The notes under the pieces were generated by a model that saw only the letters and a program-made list of their open reading frames with translations, had not been told where the DNA came from and searched no databases. This document shows, in pieces, positions 25,867 to 36,080 of a stretch of 64,000 bases of DNA. Made by a program: the position numbers and the translations under genes. The stretch's first letter is position 1. The number at the start of each line of letters is the position of its first letter. The DNA is from a virus (lineage: Duplodnaviria; Caudoviricetes): the IMG/VR virus record IMGVR_UViG_3300046787_000508, positions 96,001 to 160,000 of that record; one strand, 5' to 3'.

Positions 25867-26250
25867 ATGAGACAGAGAAAAAATTTAATATCATTAGAAA
25901 TGGATTCGGCATTGGCTTTAATGCAGGAAATCTATAATGATATTGTAGAACAAAAGAACACAGCCTCTTTAATTACAAAGAAAATGTTAACTTTTATGAA
26001 GGATGCTGAGGATATGAGTGTTATTGGTCCCGTAATTAAGGAACAACAAAAAATCCTTAATGATTGTACTGAAAAGAAAATATCACTTGTTAAGTTACAA
26101 GGGGTATTATTAAAACAATCGGGAACAACTGGTGGAAGTACGGATAAAGGATTTGGTAAATTAACATTATCGGATGATGATAGGGATTTACTTGAGAAAT
26201 TGGTTAATGACCAAGATAACGATACAAAAACAGGTAACTACACTATATAA
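25867..26250 (+). CDS. Hypothetical coiled-coil protein (127 aa)
   Basis: Clean ORF; CTATTTAT upstream. Confidence 0.6.
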   Translation: MRQRKNLISLEMDSALALMQEIYNDIVEQKNTASLITKKMLTFMKDAEDMSVIGPVIKEQQKILNDCTEKKISLVKLQGVLLKQSGTTGGSTDKGFGKLTLSDDDRDLLEKLVNDQDNDTKTGNYTI

Positions 26251-28145
26251 TGTCTAAAATTGAAAAAACCAGAAGTAAGATAAGGTCAAAATTAGATGCC
26301 ATAAAGGCGATTAATAATGACCCGAGCATGGTCGACAAAATGTTTGACGATGTCTTCGATGCACACAAAGAAGACTTACCTGATATTGGTGGATTCATGC
26401 AAAAACGTATTACCGACCTAACCTCAAAAGTTAAGGGTAAATCCAAAAACAAAAAAGACGTTTTTGGTGAACTTATAAAAACAGTTGAGGGATTTTTAGG
26501 GACGGATAAACAAGACAACTCAAACCTTAAAAAGAAACCACTTGTTAAAAGTAAATTAAAAAAATACGCTAAGGAGTCGGCACATCTTACTTTACAGGAT
26601 TCGAGAAACATTGTTCTAAATTCGGTAAAACAAACCTTATTTGGTGGGGACGGAGTTTGTGGTGGAAATAGTACATTTCCATCCGATACTTCAAGAATTT
26701 CACCAAAAGAATTTGATTTCATGAACGTACTAAAATTAGACCCAGATTCAATGGCGGGTACAATTATGTATGAAAATCAGGATACAAATCAAGGACATGT
26801 AAAACTTAATAGAAAACTTTTCGAATCTTTTGATAATACCTCACCATATTTCTTCCAAACAAAAGATTACAATACTTTATTTTCTTTACAATGGGATAGT
26901 AATACTCAGGAATATAATATTTCAGGATTACAAGGTGTAACCGGTCAAACCCAAGTAGGGGATTTCTTAACAAACTACTATAATGGTATTGAGTATCCCG
27001 ACATTCAACACGTAGTTAAAACTGCAATGTTAATGACACTACAAGGAGATGGTGGAGAACCTAGTTCTTTTGGTTCGGGTATGAACGATTTAGATAGGTT
27101 ATTACAGAAATTATTTGCACTATGTGGTACACCACCTAAAAAGAACCCATTAAAGGCCGACACTGCCGACCAATTCAATGAAGATGAGGAAGATATTACT
27201 TCTTATTTTGATTTTGACGATGTCGAAGGTATCGATTTAGATGATGAGGCAAATAGAAAAAGAAGAGTTTTAAAATTTAGAGATTGTGACAATTTTGAGG
27301 TTCCAATAAATTCCAATCACATGGAGGATTTTGTTTTCTTATTAAACGGTAAAAACTTAGACCAAAATGTTGATGACACTTTATTGAAAACTGCCGCAGA
27401 TGCTAGTGAACAAGGTTCATTAGGTATTGATGATTTACAACTATCAATTTTAAACACATTCATTTTACAATTACCAAAAGCATTAGTGAGTAGTGTTCTA
27501 TCACCTAAAATGTTTCTACCGATTGTGATTCTTTATAAACAATTTCAAAATGTTGTATTGTCAGCTAAAGAATTAATGAAAAAATTGGCAAAATTGTTTG
27601 TTACCATTGTTAAGGCTCTATTTTGGAGATTCCTTGCTGAATTTTGGAAATTTGTAAAGAAAGACTTATTGGAATTTATTAAAAAAATTGCAATAAAAAT
27701 CTTCAAAAATAAATTAAAAAGATGGAAAGGTATCATATTAGCATTAATTGCATTATTAATAAAAATTCTTACCGAACAACTCGAGAGTTGTGAACAAATC
27801 TTTAATTTAATACTACAGACAATTCAAGGTGCATTAAACGCTCCAATAAAAATTCCTATACCAGGGTTACTATTGGTGTTCTCAGATATGCTTCCCGGTT
27901 TCAGTAGTGATAGAGCGTTTATGAATGTTAACGAGAGATTAACGGCCATGGGTGTCAATATGGGACCGTTGTATGGTTCTGAAAATAAATTAAACTCAAT
28001 CATAAAAGGTATTATTGATGGTCACACAGAGGAGGTTGATGCCAATTCATTTATAAAAATTGCACTTAAACCTTCAATCATACCGGCAGGTCCTGGTGGT
28101 GCGGTAATATCACCATTGGTAACGGGTGTAGGTAAAATGTTCTAA
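26250..28145 (+). CDS. Hypothetical protein (631 aa), probable baseplate/tail component
   Basis: Lies directly upstream of the gp5-like gene; hydrophobic helical C-terminal third. Confidence 0.5.
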   Translation: MSKIEKTRSKIRSKLDAIKAINNDPSMVDKMFDDVFDAHKEDLPDIGGFMQKRITDLTSKVKGKSKNKKDVFGELIKTVEGFLGTDKQDNSNLKKKPLVKSKLKKYAKESAHLTLQDSRNIVLNSVKQTLFGGDGVCGGNSTFPSDTSRISPKEFDFMNVLKLDPDSMAGTIMYENQDTNQGHVKLNRKLFESFDNTSPYFFQTKDYNTLFSLQWDSNTQEYNISGLQGVTGQTQVGDFLTNYYNGIEYPDIQHVVKTAMLMTLQGDGGEPSSFGSGMNDLDRLLQKLFALCGTPPKKNPLKADTADQFNEDEEDITSYFDFDDVEGIDLDDEANRKRRVLKFRDCDNFEVPINSNHMEDFVFLLNGKNLDQNVDDTLLKTAADASEQGSLGIDDLQLSILNTFILQLPKALVSSVLSPKMFLPIVILYKQFQNVVLSAKELMKKLAKLFVTIVKALFWRFLAEFWKFVKKDLLEFIKKIAIKIFKNKLKRWKGIILALIALLIKILTEQLESCEQIFNLILQTIQGALNAPIKIPIPGLLLVFSDMLPGFSSDRAFMNVNERLTAMGVNMGPLYGSENKLNSIIKGIIDGHTEEVDANSFIKIALKPSIIPAGPGGAVISPLVTGVGKMF

Positions 28146-28146
28146 T

Positions 28147-28344
28147 ATGGATAAAGATAAAATCATTGAAATTGTACAAAACGTAAAAGATAAATCAAAT
28201 AAAGATTTAATTGAGAGTAGAGACGTGCTAGCTGATGAGTATGAAAAAACAAAAACTCTTATTGTTGATTTAACAAGACATTTGGAGATTGTGGAGAATT
28301 ACTACAACACAGTTAATAATGAAGTTGGAAATAGAATGACGTAA
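28147..28344 (+). CDS. Hypothetical protein (65 aa)
   Basis: Operon-packed ORF. Confidence 0.55.
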   Translation: MDKDKIIEIVQNVKDKSNKDLIESRDVLADEYEKTKTLIVDLTRHLEIVENYYNTVNNEVGNRMT

Positions 28345-28345
28345 T

Positions 28346-29881
28346 ATGAAAATAATTGACATTGCGGTTTGTGTTAATAACATAGACCCTAAAGGTATCG
28401 GTAGAGTTAGATATAGACCTTATGGATTGTATCTAAGTGAAATTGAAGGTGGGATAAAGTACGAAGAGTGGGATGAAAATGACCCACTTATTGCGTTACC
28501 ATTCCTACCTGCACATATCAATATTATTCCGAAAATACAATCGTCAATCAAATTAATAAAATATGACACCGACAAGGATACTCAAAATGTTGAATATGTA
28601 ACCGGTCCCTTTAGTTCTCCACACGATTTTGGAAGTGAGTCTTTTACCTCACAAAACAAATACACCACGTATGGTGGGGTTATCGTTTCAGATAGAAAAG
28701 ATGTTCGTACTAAGGAAGGTAAATTAATATCCCCATTAACCGAGGGTTCGTTTGCTAAGTTAAATGACATTAGTATCAACGGTGATTACGGTTCCGATGT
28801 AATTTTTACCGAAAACGGTGTTCAAATTAGAGGAGGGGCATTAATAAACAAAGATGCGGGAAATAACTCTAAATTCAAACAAAGTTTAATGGATTTCCCA
28901 CAAGTTGCAAAAAAGATGGGTAGATTCGGATTAAAGAAATTCCCACATACAATGCAATTGGTTTCAGAAGATGTTGTCATATCAAAACAAGTTGTTTCAA
29001 AATTAAAATATCTTGTTGAATTTGAAGTCGATAGTTTCACGTCCCCAACAAAATTAGATTTGTTTGTTTATAAAATAATTGATGAATACGGTTCTAAATT
29101 TAGCACCGTTAATTTTAATCAAAACACCGTAATTGATAGAACCGATACTAAAGTTGTTAAATTGATAAACGTAGACAATACGTTAACAACCCCAACAGTT
29201 AGTAAAGATATTGTCGGCACAACTAATACCGAAAAAATACAAAGTGTATATGTTAACATGAGAGAATTGTTACATATTATTGACATGAGAGGACTTGGAG
29301 ATTTAGACCCATCATTTGAACCTACAGATTGTCACCCATTTTACTATAGACCCACCCCAACGTTCCTTACAACTATACCATCAACACCTCAAGGTATTGA
29401 AAACAAAACTAAAATTGTACAAAAGATACAAGTTAGAAATAGATTGGGAGATAATGGATTGGTTTATTCTAAAACAAGTCTTTATGCACCATTTATCGAT
29501 GAAAAAAAGAAGGAAATTAAAATTAAACACGTAAAAGATGCGGGGGAACAATCGTTCTCATACTTAAGTTCAGATAAGGTGTACCTACTTTCAACCTCAC
29601 CTAACATTGGTGTGAACGTTGAATCAATTAATTTTAATGAACTAAGCGAATACGAATTAACTCAAGAAGATTACGTAAAATCTATTGACCCTAAGACATA
29701 TGCGTTAGTTAGGGGCGAAAATCTATATAATGTGTTAGTTGCATTTAAAAATATTATAGACAGTCACGTCCATAATATCAACGAACCTTTGGAAAAAGGA
29801 GACCCTAATTGGTTAAAATTAGACGAATTAATATCAACTTTACGAAATGACCTTTTAAATGATTCAATTAGAATAAACTAA
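28346..29881 (+). CDS. Baseplate hub/spike protein, gp5-like N-terminal OB fold
   Basis: AVCVNNIDPKGIGRVR matches the gp5/VgrG OB-fold G.V....DP...GRVRV pattern; ...LP.....IP.... follows. Confidence 0.65.
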   Translation: MKIIDIAVCVNNIDPKGIGRVRYRPYGLYLSEIEGGIKYEEWDENDPLIALPFLPAHINIIPKIQSSIKLIKYDTDKDTQNVEYVTGPFSSPHDFGSESFTSQNKYTTYGGVIVSDRKDVRTKEGKLISPLTEGSFAKLNDISINGDYGSDVIFTENGVQIRGGALINKDAGNNSKFKQSLMDFPQVAKKMGRFGLKKFPHTMQLVSEDVVISKQVVSKLKYLVEFEVDSFTSPTKLDLFVYKIIDEYGSKFSTVNFNQNTVIDRTDTKVVKLINVDNTLTTPTVSKDIVGTTNTEKIQSVYVNMRELLHIIDMRGLGDLDPSFEPTDCHPFYYRPTPTFLTTIPSTPQGIENKTKIVQKIQVRNRLGDNGLVYSKTSLYAPFIDEKKKEIKIKHVKDAGEQSFSYLSSDKVYLLSTSPNIGVNVESINFNELSEYELTQEDYVKSIDPKTYALVRGENLYNVLVAFKNIIDSHVHNINEPLEKGDPNWLKLDELISTLRNDLLNDSIRIN

Positions 29882-29904
29882 TTGATATTTATTAAATAAA
29901 AAAG

Positions 29905-31278
29905 ATGTCATATTTCCGTTCATACTTTAACAAAAACAACACGTTAGTAAAAGACTCTCAGATTAATACCGCTAAAAATCCAAATACCGAGATATTCTAT
30001 GGTTCAGGATTTTCTAAGTATATCTTTAGAGTTGACCTTACCGATTTGAAAAGTAAAATCGATAATGGTGAATTAGTTCTAAACGAGAACACAAAACATT
30101 ATTTACATTTAACTAACACCATTTTTGGTGACGAATCTCTAATGGGACAGAAAAGAGGTACGGGTAGAGAAAGAACTACGTCGTTTAACCTTATAGTTTT
30201 CCCTGTTACTGAATTTTGGGATGAAGGTGTTGGATTTGATTACGAACAAGCTTACGATTTTACAACAGGTAATGAAACATTTGACGAAAGACCGTCAAAC
30301 TGGTTTAATAGAACGACTTTGGATAGTTGGACTCAAGAAGGTGTTTATTCTACTGACCCATCGGAAATAATTGCAACAGTACATTTCGATAATGGTAATG
30401 AAGATTTACATGCAGACATTACAACATTCTTAAATGGTGTTCTAACAGGCTCAACCCCAAATTACGGAATGGGAGTTGCATTTGCACCCGCATACATGGA
30501 TATAACCAATGAGGTTGACCAATCGGTCGCTTTCTTTACAAAATACACTCAAACATTTTTTGAACCATTTGTAGAAACGGTATTTAACGATACTATTGAA
30601 GACAATAGAGAGAACTTTATTGCCGAAGTGGATAGAAATCTTTATTTATACGTGACTAAGGGAACGAATTCATATGATTTGGATGAATTACCTACAGTCG
30701 ATGTTTTGGACTCAACCAGCAACCCTATTTCGGGTCTGACGGGACTTACAACAACAAAGGTAAGAAAGGGTGTTTATAAAGTTACATTTGGTTTGACGGG
30801 ATTTTTATGTGATGGAAAAAAATTCTATTTTGATAAATGGAAAAACATAAAATTAGACGGTGTAGACTTTAGTGACGTTATTCAAAAATTTGTACCTAAA
30901 CAACATACTTCACTATTCTCCATCGGAGCAAACCAAACAGAATTGGAACGATATTCAATTCAATTTTTTGGTGTGAAAATGAATGAAAAAATAAAGAGAG
31001 GTGAAAACAAGAAAATCGTTGTAACTTTTAGGTCTATAAACCAACCAATGTCGGTTCTATTTGATGATGTGTACTATAGAATATACATTAAAGAGGGAAG
31101 AACCAACATTAATGTGTTTGATTGGACAAAATTAGATAGAACGAATGAAAATTCATTTATGTTAGATACCAGTTATTTAATTCCTCGTGAATATTTTGTT
31201 GAGGTTAAGGCTAAGACTCATGGTGAAGAGATATACTATAAAGATGAAATCAAATTCGAAATCATTTCGGAAAAGTAA
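29905..31278 (+). CDS. Virion structural protein (beta-sandwich domains)
   Basis: 457 aa; FTKYTQTFFEP.+E..+.D.I.D.R motif typical of jumbo-phage structural proteins; ATATTTAT at 29885. Confidence 0.55.
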   Translation: MSYFRSYFNKNNTLVKDSQINTAKNPNTEIFYGSGFSKYIFRVDLTDLKSKIDNGELVLNENTKHYLHLTNTIFGDESLMGQKRGTGRERTTSFNLIVFPVTEFWDEGVGFDYEQAYDFTTGNETFDERPSNWFNRTTLDSWTQEGVYSTDPSEIIATVHFDNGNEDLHADITTFLNGVLTGSTPNYGMGVAFAPAYMDITNEVDQSVAFFTKYTQTFFEPFVETVFNDTIEDNRENFIAEVDRNLYLYVTKGTNSYDLDELPTVDVLDSTSNPISGLTGLTTTKVRKGVYKVTFGLTGFLCDGKKFYFDKWKNIKLDGVDFSDVIQKFVPKQHTSLFSIGANQTELERYSIQFFGVKMNEKIKRGENKKIVVTFRSINQPMSVLFDDVYYRIYIKEGRTNINVFDWTKLDRTNENSFMLDTSYLIPREYFVEVKAKTHGEEIYYKDEIKFEIISEK

Positions 31279-31292
31279 AAATATTTATTAAT

Positions 31293-31802
31293 ATGGAATT
31301 AAAACAAATCATCAGAGAGAGACTAAAACAAATCGTTTTAGAAAATGAAATGACAGTGAATTATATGTTTTTCAGTAATATACAACAAATACATAGACAA
31401 TGTGAAATGTTGTTAAAAATGGACAAGGAAACATTAGATTCAATTATTCAAAATGGTCACGATTGGGCAGACGACCACGTATCTGAAGCTAAGAATAATA
31501 TGGACCAAGTTTTCGATTTTTTCATGAACGAAACTAAAAAAGAGGATAACGTTAACGAGGTAAAGAACTCATCTCAACAAGCGGCCATCGCTATTAATAT
31601 GAAAAAAAAGGGTGTCGAACCTAAAAATGAATCATATGGTGAGATAGATGAAAGTAAAAACTGTCCAACCGACCCCGCAAAATGGGCAGCATCTAAAGCC
31701 AAAGCTAAAAGAAAGTTTGACGTGTACCCTTCGGCATACGCAAATGGGTTCGCAGCTAAGGACTATAAGGCCAAAGGTGGTGGATGGAAAAAATGTAAAT
31801 AA
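31293..31802 (+). CDS. Hypothetical modular protein with C-terminal basic YPSAYANG...YK..GG.W module
   Basis: Translation; ATATTTAT at 31281. Confidence 0.6.
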   Translation: MELKQIIRERLKQIVLENEMTVNYMFFSNIQQIHRQCEMLLKMDKETLDSIIQNGHDWADDHVSEAKNNMDQVFDFFMNETKKEDNVNEVKNSSQQAAIAINMKKKGVEPKNESYGEIDESKNCPTDPAKWAASKAKAKRKFDVYPSAYANGFAAKDYKAKGGGWKKCK

Positions 31803-31803
31803 C

Positions 31804-32829
31804 ATGAAAATAATAGTTTCAAAAGAAGACAAGAAGTACATCGAAGAGTCTATTAAGTCAGGTGAGGTTTTAGTCGAAGACCTTAGACGATGGTTTAAAG
31901 AAAAGTGGGTAGATGTATCTAAGAAAGTAGATGGTAAACATCCCCCTTGTGGTAGAAAGGATGCTGACGGTAAATCATATCCAAAATGTAGACCTTCAAA
32001 GAAAGTTTCAAAAGAAACACCAAAAGTTGCGTCATCGTATGATAAAGATGAAAAGAAATCAATGACGGCACAAAAAAGAAGAGCAGAAAAAAAGGACCCT
32101 AAAATAGGTAAAGGTAACAAACCAACGATGGTTCGTTTCGATGAACAAAAAGATATGAAAATAATTTGTGACGGTTGTGATTGGAGTTGGAACCTATCTG
32201 AAGGTGGTAATGACCCATACGTATGTCACAAGTGTGGAAAGGACAATTCAAAAAAATATAAAAAAATGAACGTAAAAGTAACTGAAAGTCAATACATTAG
32301 ACTTAATTTTAATAACCAATCTCCTAAATTAGTTAACGAAAATGTTATAATTTCTGATGCGTTAAAATACCAACTAACCACAAAGAAGACACTTGTTGAG
32401 AATATATATAAAATTGGTACCGAAGGGTATAATAAATTAATCGACGAATGTAGAGAACTTTACGAAAACGAGGATTTAGATTTATTTGGTGACGATATTG
32501 ATTTAATTTATGAAGATGAATTAGGTTTAGTGGAGGATTCAGATATTATTTTTGATGAAACATTGTATGAAGCGGAATATCAAGGACGTAATGTTCAATT
32601 GGGTAAAATTATGCAGGGGGACATCAAGAAATTTAAAGTATACGTAAAAAACGATAAAGGTAAAGTTGTTAAAGTGAATTTCGGTTTTGGTGGTAAGTCC
32701 GCTAAAGGTAAAAGAATGGTTATAAAAAAGAATAACCCTGAAAGACGTAAATCATTTAGAGCACGAATGAAGTGTGATACTCCAGGTCCACGTTGGAAAC
32801 CGAGATATTGGGCTTGTAAAACTTGGTAA
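31804..32829 (+). CDS. Hypothetical modular protein: WFKEKW..CGR..YPKCRP module, CxxC..CxxC zinc ribbon and C-terminal RRKSFRAR.KC...RYWAC module
   Basis: Start moved to ATG 31804, just after the previous stop; modules are visible in the translation. Confidence 0.6.
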   Translation: MKIIVSKEDKKYIEESIKSGEVLVEDLRRWFKEKWVDVSKKVDGKHPPCGRKDADGKSYPKCRPSKKVSKETPKVASSYDKDEKKSMTAQKRRAEKKDPKIGKGNKPTMVRFDEQKDMKIICDGCDWSWNLSEGGNDPYVCHKCGKDNSKKYKKMNVKVTESQYIRLNFNNQSPKLVNENVIISDALKYQLTTKKTLVENIYKIGTEGYNKLIDECRELYENEDLDLFGDDIDLIYEDELGLVEDSDIIFDETLYEAEYQGRNVQLGKIMQGDIKKFKVYVKNDKGKVVKVNFGFGGKSAKGKRMVIKKNNPERRKSFRARMKCDTPGPRWKPRYWACKTW

Positions 32830-33471
32830 ATGAAAGTATTAATAACCGAATCACAAAATAAAAGATTATTTGAGGGTAGATACATTAACATCCCTATGGA
32901 TAATGATGCCTCAGTTGAATTATGGGATAGTGGTGAAAGATTCGATTTAGAATCCATCGTAATACCAAAACAACTAAGAGGACAAGGTTATGGTACCGAA
33001 ATAATGAATAAAATTATTAAATTGGCGGATGATGAGTCAAAACCAATTTATTTAACTCCCGATACTTCATTCGGTGGTTCATCATTTAAAAGATTAGTAA
33101 GTTTCTATAAAAGGTTTGGGTTCGTTAAAAATGATGATAAATCCGTAACTAAACATTTTATGGTTAGATATCCACAGGTAAAGAAAAACACCAAGAAACA
33201 ATATATCGGTCAATGCGATACGTTACGAAGAGGTAATGAACAAAATGAAGAATATTGGCAACAAATGATGTCTAATAAACAAAAAATCGACTTTAATCAA
33301 TTTATCAATGGTGTTGATATGGATAGGTTGTTAGATGATGGAGAAACCACACAGGAATTCATCCAAGATTTAATTAATTCTGACCCATCCACTTCAGCGT
33401 ATGTTTCGAATTGGGGTAATAAAGAAACTTACTTTATCCAAACTGCCGGATTTGAATTTATCTTTGTTTAA
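32830..33471 (+). CDS. GNAT-family acetyltransferase fused to an unknown C-terminal domain
   Basis: IVIPKQLRGQGYGTEIM (motif A), IYLT, RL.SFYKRFGF (motif B). Confidence 0.85.
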   Translation: MKVLITESQNKRLFEGRYINIPMDNDASVELWDSGERFDLESIVIPKQLRGQGYGTEIMNKIIKLADDESKPIYLTPDTSFGGSSFKRLVSFYKRFGFVKNDDKSVTKHFMVRYPQVKKNTKKQYIGQCDTLRRGNEQNEEYWQQMMSNKQKIDFNQFINGVDMDRLLDDGETTQEFIQDLINSDPSTSAYVSNWGNKETYFIQTAGFEFIFV

Positions 33472-33908
33472 TAGTAAATCACATTAACACCACATTCGTT
33501 TAGTAGTTGTAAACTTTTTTTCTGTGATTCTTCCCATTTTTCTTTATTCTTAGTGGTACACACCTCTTTACAATACACAGTTGTTACACCTGAATTAACA
33601 ATTCCTCTTGCACAATCCATACAAGGTAACCCCGAAGTAAGGTAAATTGTTGAATTTTTTAATGAAACCCCAATACGAGCAGCATTATATATTGCATTAC
33701 GTTCAGCATGTTCCATCCAGAAGTATTTTTCGGGTCTTTCCTGACGTTCTTTTAAAGAATCGTCTAAACCCCTTGGAAATGAATTATAACCCGTAGAAAG
33801 TACCTCTTTATCCTCCCCAACGATAACCGCACCTATCTGTGTAGATTCGTCCTTGGATTTGAGTTTAACCTGTTCTGCAATGTTTAAAAAATAGTCAGTC
33901 CAATTCAT
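33468..33908 (-). CDS. dCMP/cytidine deaminase family protein
   Basis: SKD.STQIGAVIV, GYNSFPRG, HAERNAI, PCMDC. Confidence 0.92.
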   Translation of the reverse strand: MNWTDYFLNIAEQVKLKSKDESTQIGAVIVGEDKEVLSTGYNSFPRGLDDSLKERQERPEKYFWMEHAERNAIYNAARIGVSLKNSTIYLTSGLPCMDCARGIVNSGVTTVYCKEVCTTKNKEKWEESQKKSLQLLNECGVNVIYY

Positions 33909-33909
33909 A

Positions 33910-34224
33910 TTAAATTAATTTTTGTTTTGTCCAATAATATACCATACCATTGGCGAATCTCATTAGATTCCTTGCCTCTTTCTTTAAGATTAGATTACCG
34001 ATTTGTACTAAATGTGTGTGATTTTTTAAATCAACCCCCACAACAAAACCATTTTCTGATTTTTCGTACGTTGTATCTCTCATTGGGAGACTATATTTCC
34101 CTTCGTCGTCGAGTTTCAACATCTTAATCATTTCGTCTTTCTTCATTTTACATTCAATACCTCTTGAATATATCAATTTTTCTAAAACGTCTAATCTTAA
34201 TTTTGTGTAATCAACCTCTGCCAT
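33910..34224 (-). CDS. Hypothetical protein, possible HeH/Rho-N-like N-terminus
   Basis: Y.KL....L..L...RGI....KK.E+I..L pattern; host-type promoter upstream. Confidence 0.45.
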   Translation of the reverse strand: MAEVDYTKLRLDVLEKLIYSRGIECKMKKDEMIKMLKLDDEGKYSLPMRDTTYEKSENGFVVGVDLKNHTHLVQIGNLILKKEARNLMRFANGMVYYWTKQKLI

Positions 34225-34228
34225 GTTG

Positions 34229-34260
34229 CAAATATATGAAATTATTTATTAATATCCAAA
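34229..34260 (-). promoter_or_regulatory. Bacteroidota primary-sigma promoter
   Basis: Minus strand TTTG-N20-TATATTTG, 4 nt upstream of the ATG at 34224. Confidence 0.7.
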
Positions 34261-34263
34261 AAC

Positions 34264-34296
34264 AAAAAACCCCCGAATTTCTCCGAGGGTTTTTTT
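34264..34296 (-). terminator. Intrinsic terminator after the major capsid gene
   Basis: AAAAAACCCTCGG-AGAAATT-CGGGGGTTTTTT hairpin plus U tract. Confidence 0.8.
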
Positions 34297-34313
34297 ATTG
34301 ACATCCGTTAAGA

Positions 34314-36047
34314 TTATCTTAAAGTATCTAAACTGAAAGATTGTAAACCTCTTACTGTGATAGTACCGAAGAAACGGTTGTTAACCATTTTCTTAGCGTA
34401 TCTAGTCATGATACCTTTGATAGGTGTCATGTTGAAAGGGTTATACATTGTAGGAGTTAATTGTAACGGCACGTATGGTGCGTATACATAACCTGCGTCT
34501 AACAATGACTTACCTTTGTGTCCTACTAATATTTTGTTAGCTGGGAAGTAAGGGTCACGGTAAACTTGGTATCTACCTGCTAATGTACCAACTTTCTCAA
34601 TACCCATGTTGTATTGGTCTTGTTCAGCACCTGCGTTAGAAACGTGGAAGTATTCCAAGTCATCAAATACTGCAGAAACCTCTGAAGAAACTACAATCCA
34701 GTTAGCTCCACCTCTTAAAGTAGATTTGTGGATTTGAGCTGATAATTGGTTGATTTTTGTAACCAAAGTTTGGTTCCAGTCTTTTTGAGTGTAACCTGCG
34801 TAAGATGCTCCACCATTACCGTATTTCCACTCGTTGTAATCCCATTTAGCTGACCAAGCCGCACCTTTACGTAAATCACGTAAGATTTCACGGTCAACCT
34901 CTGCTGCGATTTGCTCAGATAATAAAGCTGTTAATTCAGCTTCAGCATCGATGTTGTGGAATGCACTAACGTCTTGAGCCAATTCAGGAGACCAAGAAGC
35001 TCTTAATTTTCTTTCAGTAACAGAAACAGTTACAGATTGTAAATCGAAAGAAACTTCACCGATGTTATCTTCAAACTCCATGTCAGAGTAAACTCTGAAA
35101 GATAATGAGATATCACTTGCAGTAAATCCTGAAGCTAAAGTTACGTTTGCGAAACCTGCAGTTGAAGAGTAAGTTTGTAAATCAACGTTAACGTAGATTA
35201 CACCTTCTTCATCACAAAGGTCATTATATTTTCCACCTGGGTAAGTAGAAGTTGATTTTTTACCGTACTCGATAATACCTTTACCGTATTTTTGAGTTAC
35301 GATGTTAAAGTTTTTAGACTCACCACCGAAGTTAACTTCAGCAGATGCTAAGAACTCTTCAGTATCCATAACAGAACCGTTTGGTCCGATTAATTTACCT
35401 TGACCATCTTTAGTGAAACCTGAGAATTTAACAACCAATGAAGATTGAGAAGTTCCAGTTAAACTTGCTCTTGTTACGTCACTTACAGTTCCGTTAGAGA
35501 AAGATACAACCGCAGCTGCGTTTAATGTTACATCGTCGTAAGAACCTTTAGAGTAATCGAACAATCCTGTTTCAGGGCTGTTACCATCTCCCGCTTCGTA
35601 GAAACGGTCGTAAAGGTTTCTTGAGTTAGCACCATATCCGTTATCTACGTTAGTGTTTGATGTAACACCATTTGCTCCACCGTAAGGTGCGTAATGGTCT
35701 CCACCATCTCTTTCCTGAATTTTAGGAATGAAGTAGAATAATTTACCGATTGGTAAGTTCATAGCTTGTACAGATACGATATCGTTAGCTAATAATTTTG
35801 AGAATACACGACGGATAATTGGGAAAACTACAGTCTCGAAAGAACCACTAGCATCAGAAACTGCTGCTTCGTTGATTAAGTAAGACGCTTGGTTTTCATA
35901 CAATTGCGCGATGTTATCTTTTTGGTGACCACCAAGACCCTCTAAGAATCCTAATTCGTCCCATTTTTTGATGGTATCTTCTTTGATAACTCTTAGGTGT
36001 TTTAACCCGATGTTACCTACCATACCTGATTCTAATAATGCTCCCAT
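34314..36047 (-). CDS. Major capsid protein, T4 gp23-like
   Basis: FPIIRRVFSKLLANDIVSVQAMNLPIG, RKLRASWSPELAQD..AFH.IDAE.EL, EIDREI-like EVDREI, YAPYVPL, P..G+MTRYA. Confidence 0.97.
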   Translation of the reverse strand: MGALLESGMVGNIGLKHLRVIKEDTIKKWDELGFLEGLGGHQKDNIAQLYENQASYLINEAAVSDASGSFETVVFPIIRRVFSKLLANDIVSVQAMNLPIGKLFYFIPKIQERDGGDHYAPYGGANGVTSNTNVDNGYGANSRNLYDRFYEAGDGNSPETGLFDYSKGSYDDVTLNAAAVVSFSNGTVSDVTRASLTGTSQSSLVVKFSGFTKDGQGKLIGPNGSVMDTEEFLASAEVNFGGESKNFNIVTQKYGKGIIEYGKKSTSTYPGGKYNDLCDEEGVIYVNVDLQTYSSTAGFANVTLASGFTASDISLSFRVYSDMEFEDNIGEVSFDLQSVTVSVTERKLRASWSPELAQDVSAFHNIDAEAELTALLSEQIAAEVDREILRDLRKGAAWSAKWDYNEWKYGNGGASYAGYTQKDWNQTLVTKINQLSAQIHKSTLRGGANWIVVSSEVSAVFDDLEYFHVSNAGAEQDQYNMGIEKVGTLAGRYQVYRDPYFPANKILVGHKGKSLLDAGYVYAPYVPLQLTPTMYNPFNMTPIKGIMTRYAKKMVNNRFFGTITVRGLQSFSLDTLR

Positions 36048-36080
36048 TTTAAAATATTTTGTTTTTTGGTTTTTTATTTA

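Noticed and set aside
31648-31803. N-terminal extension of the 393-aa ORF
   Set aside because: It overlaps the upstream gene in another frame; ATG 31804 follows the upstream stop.
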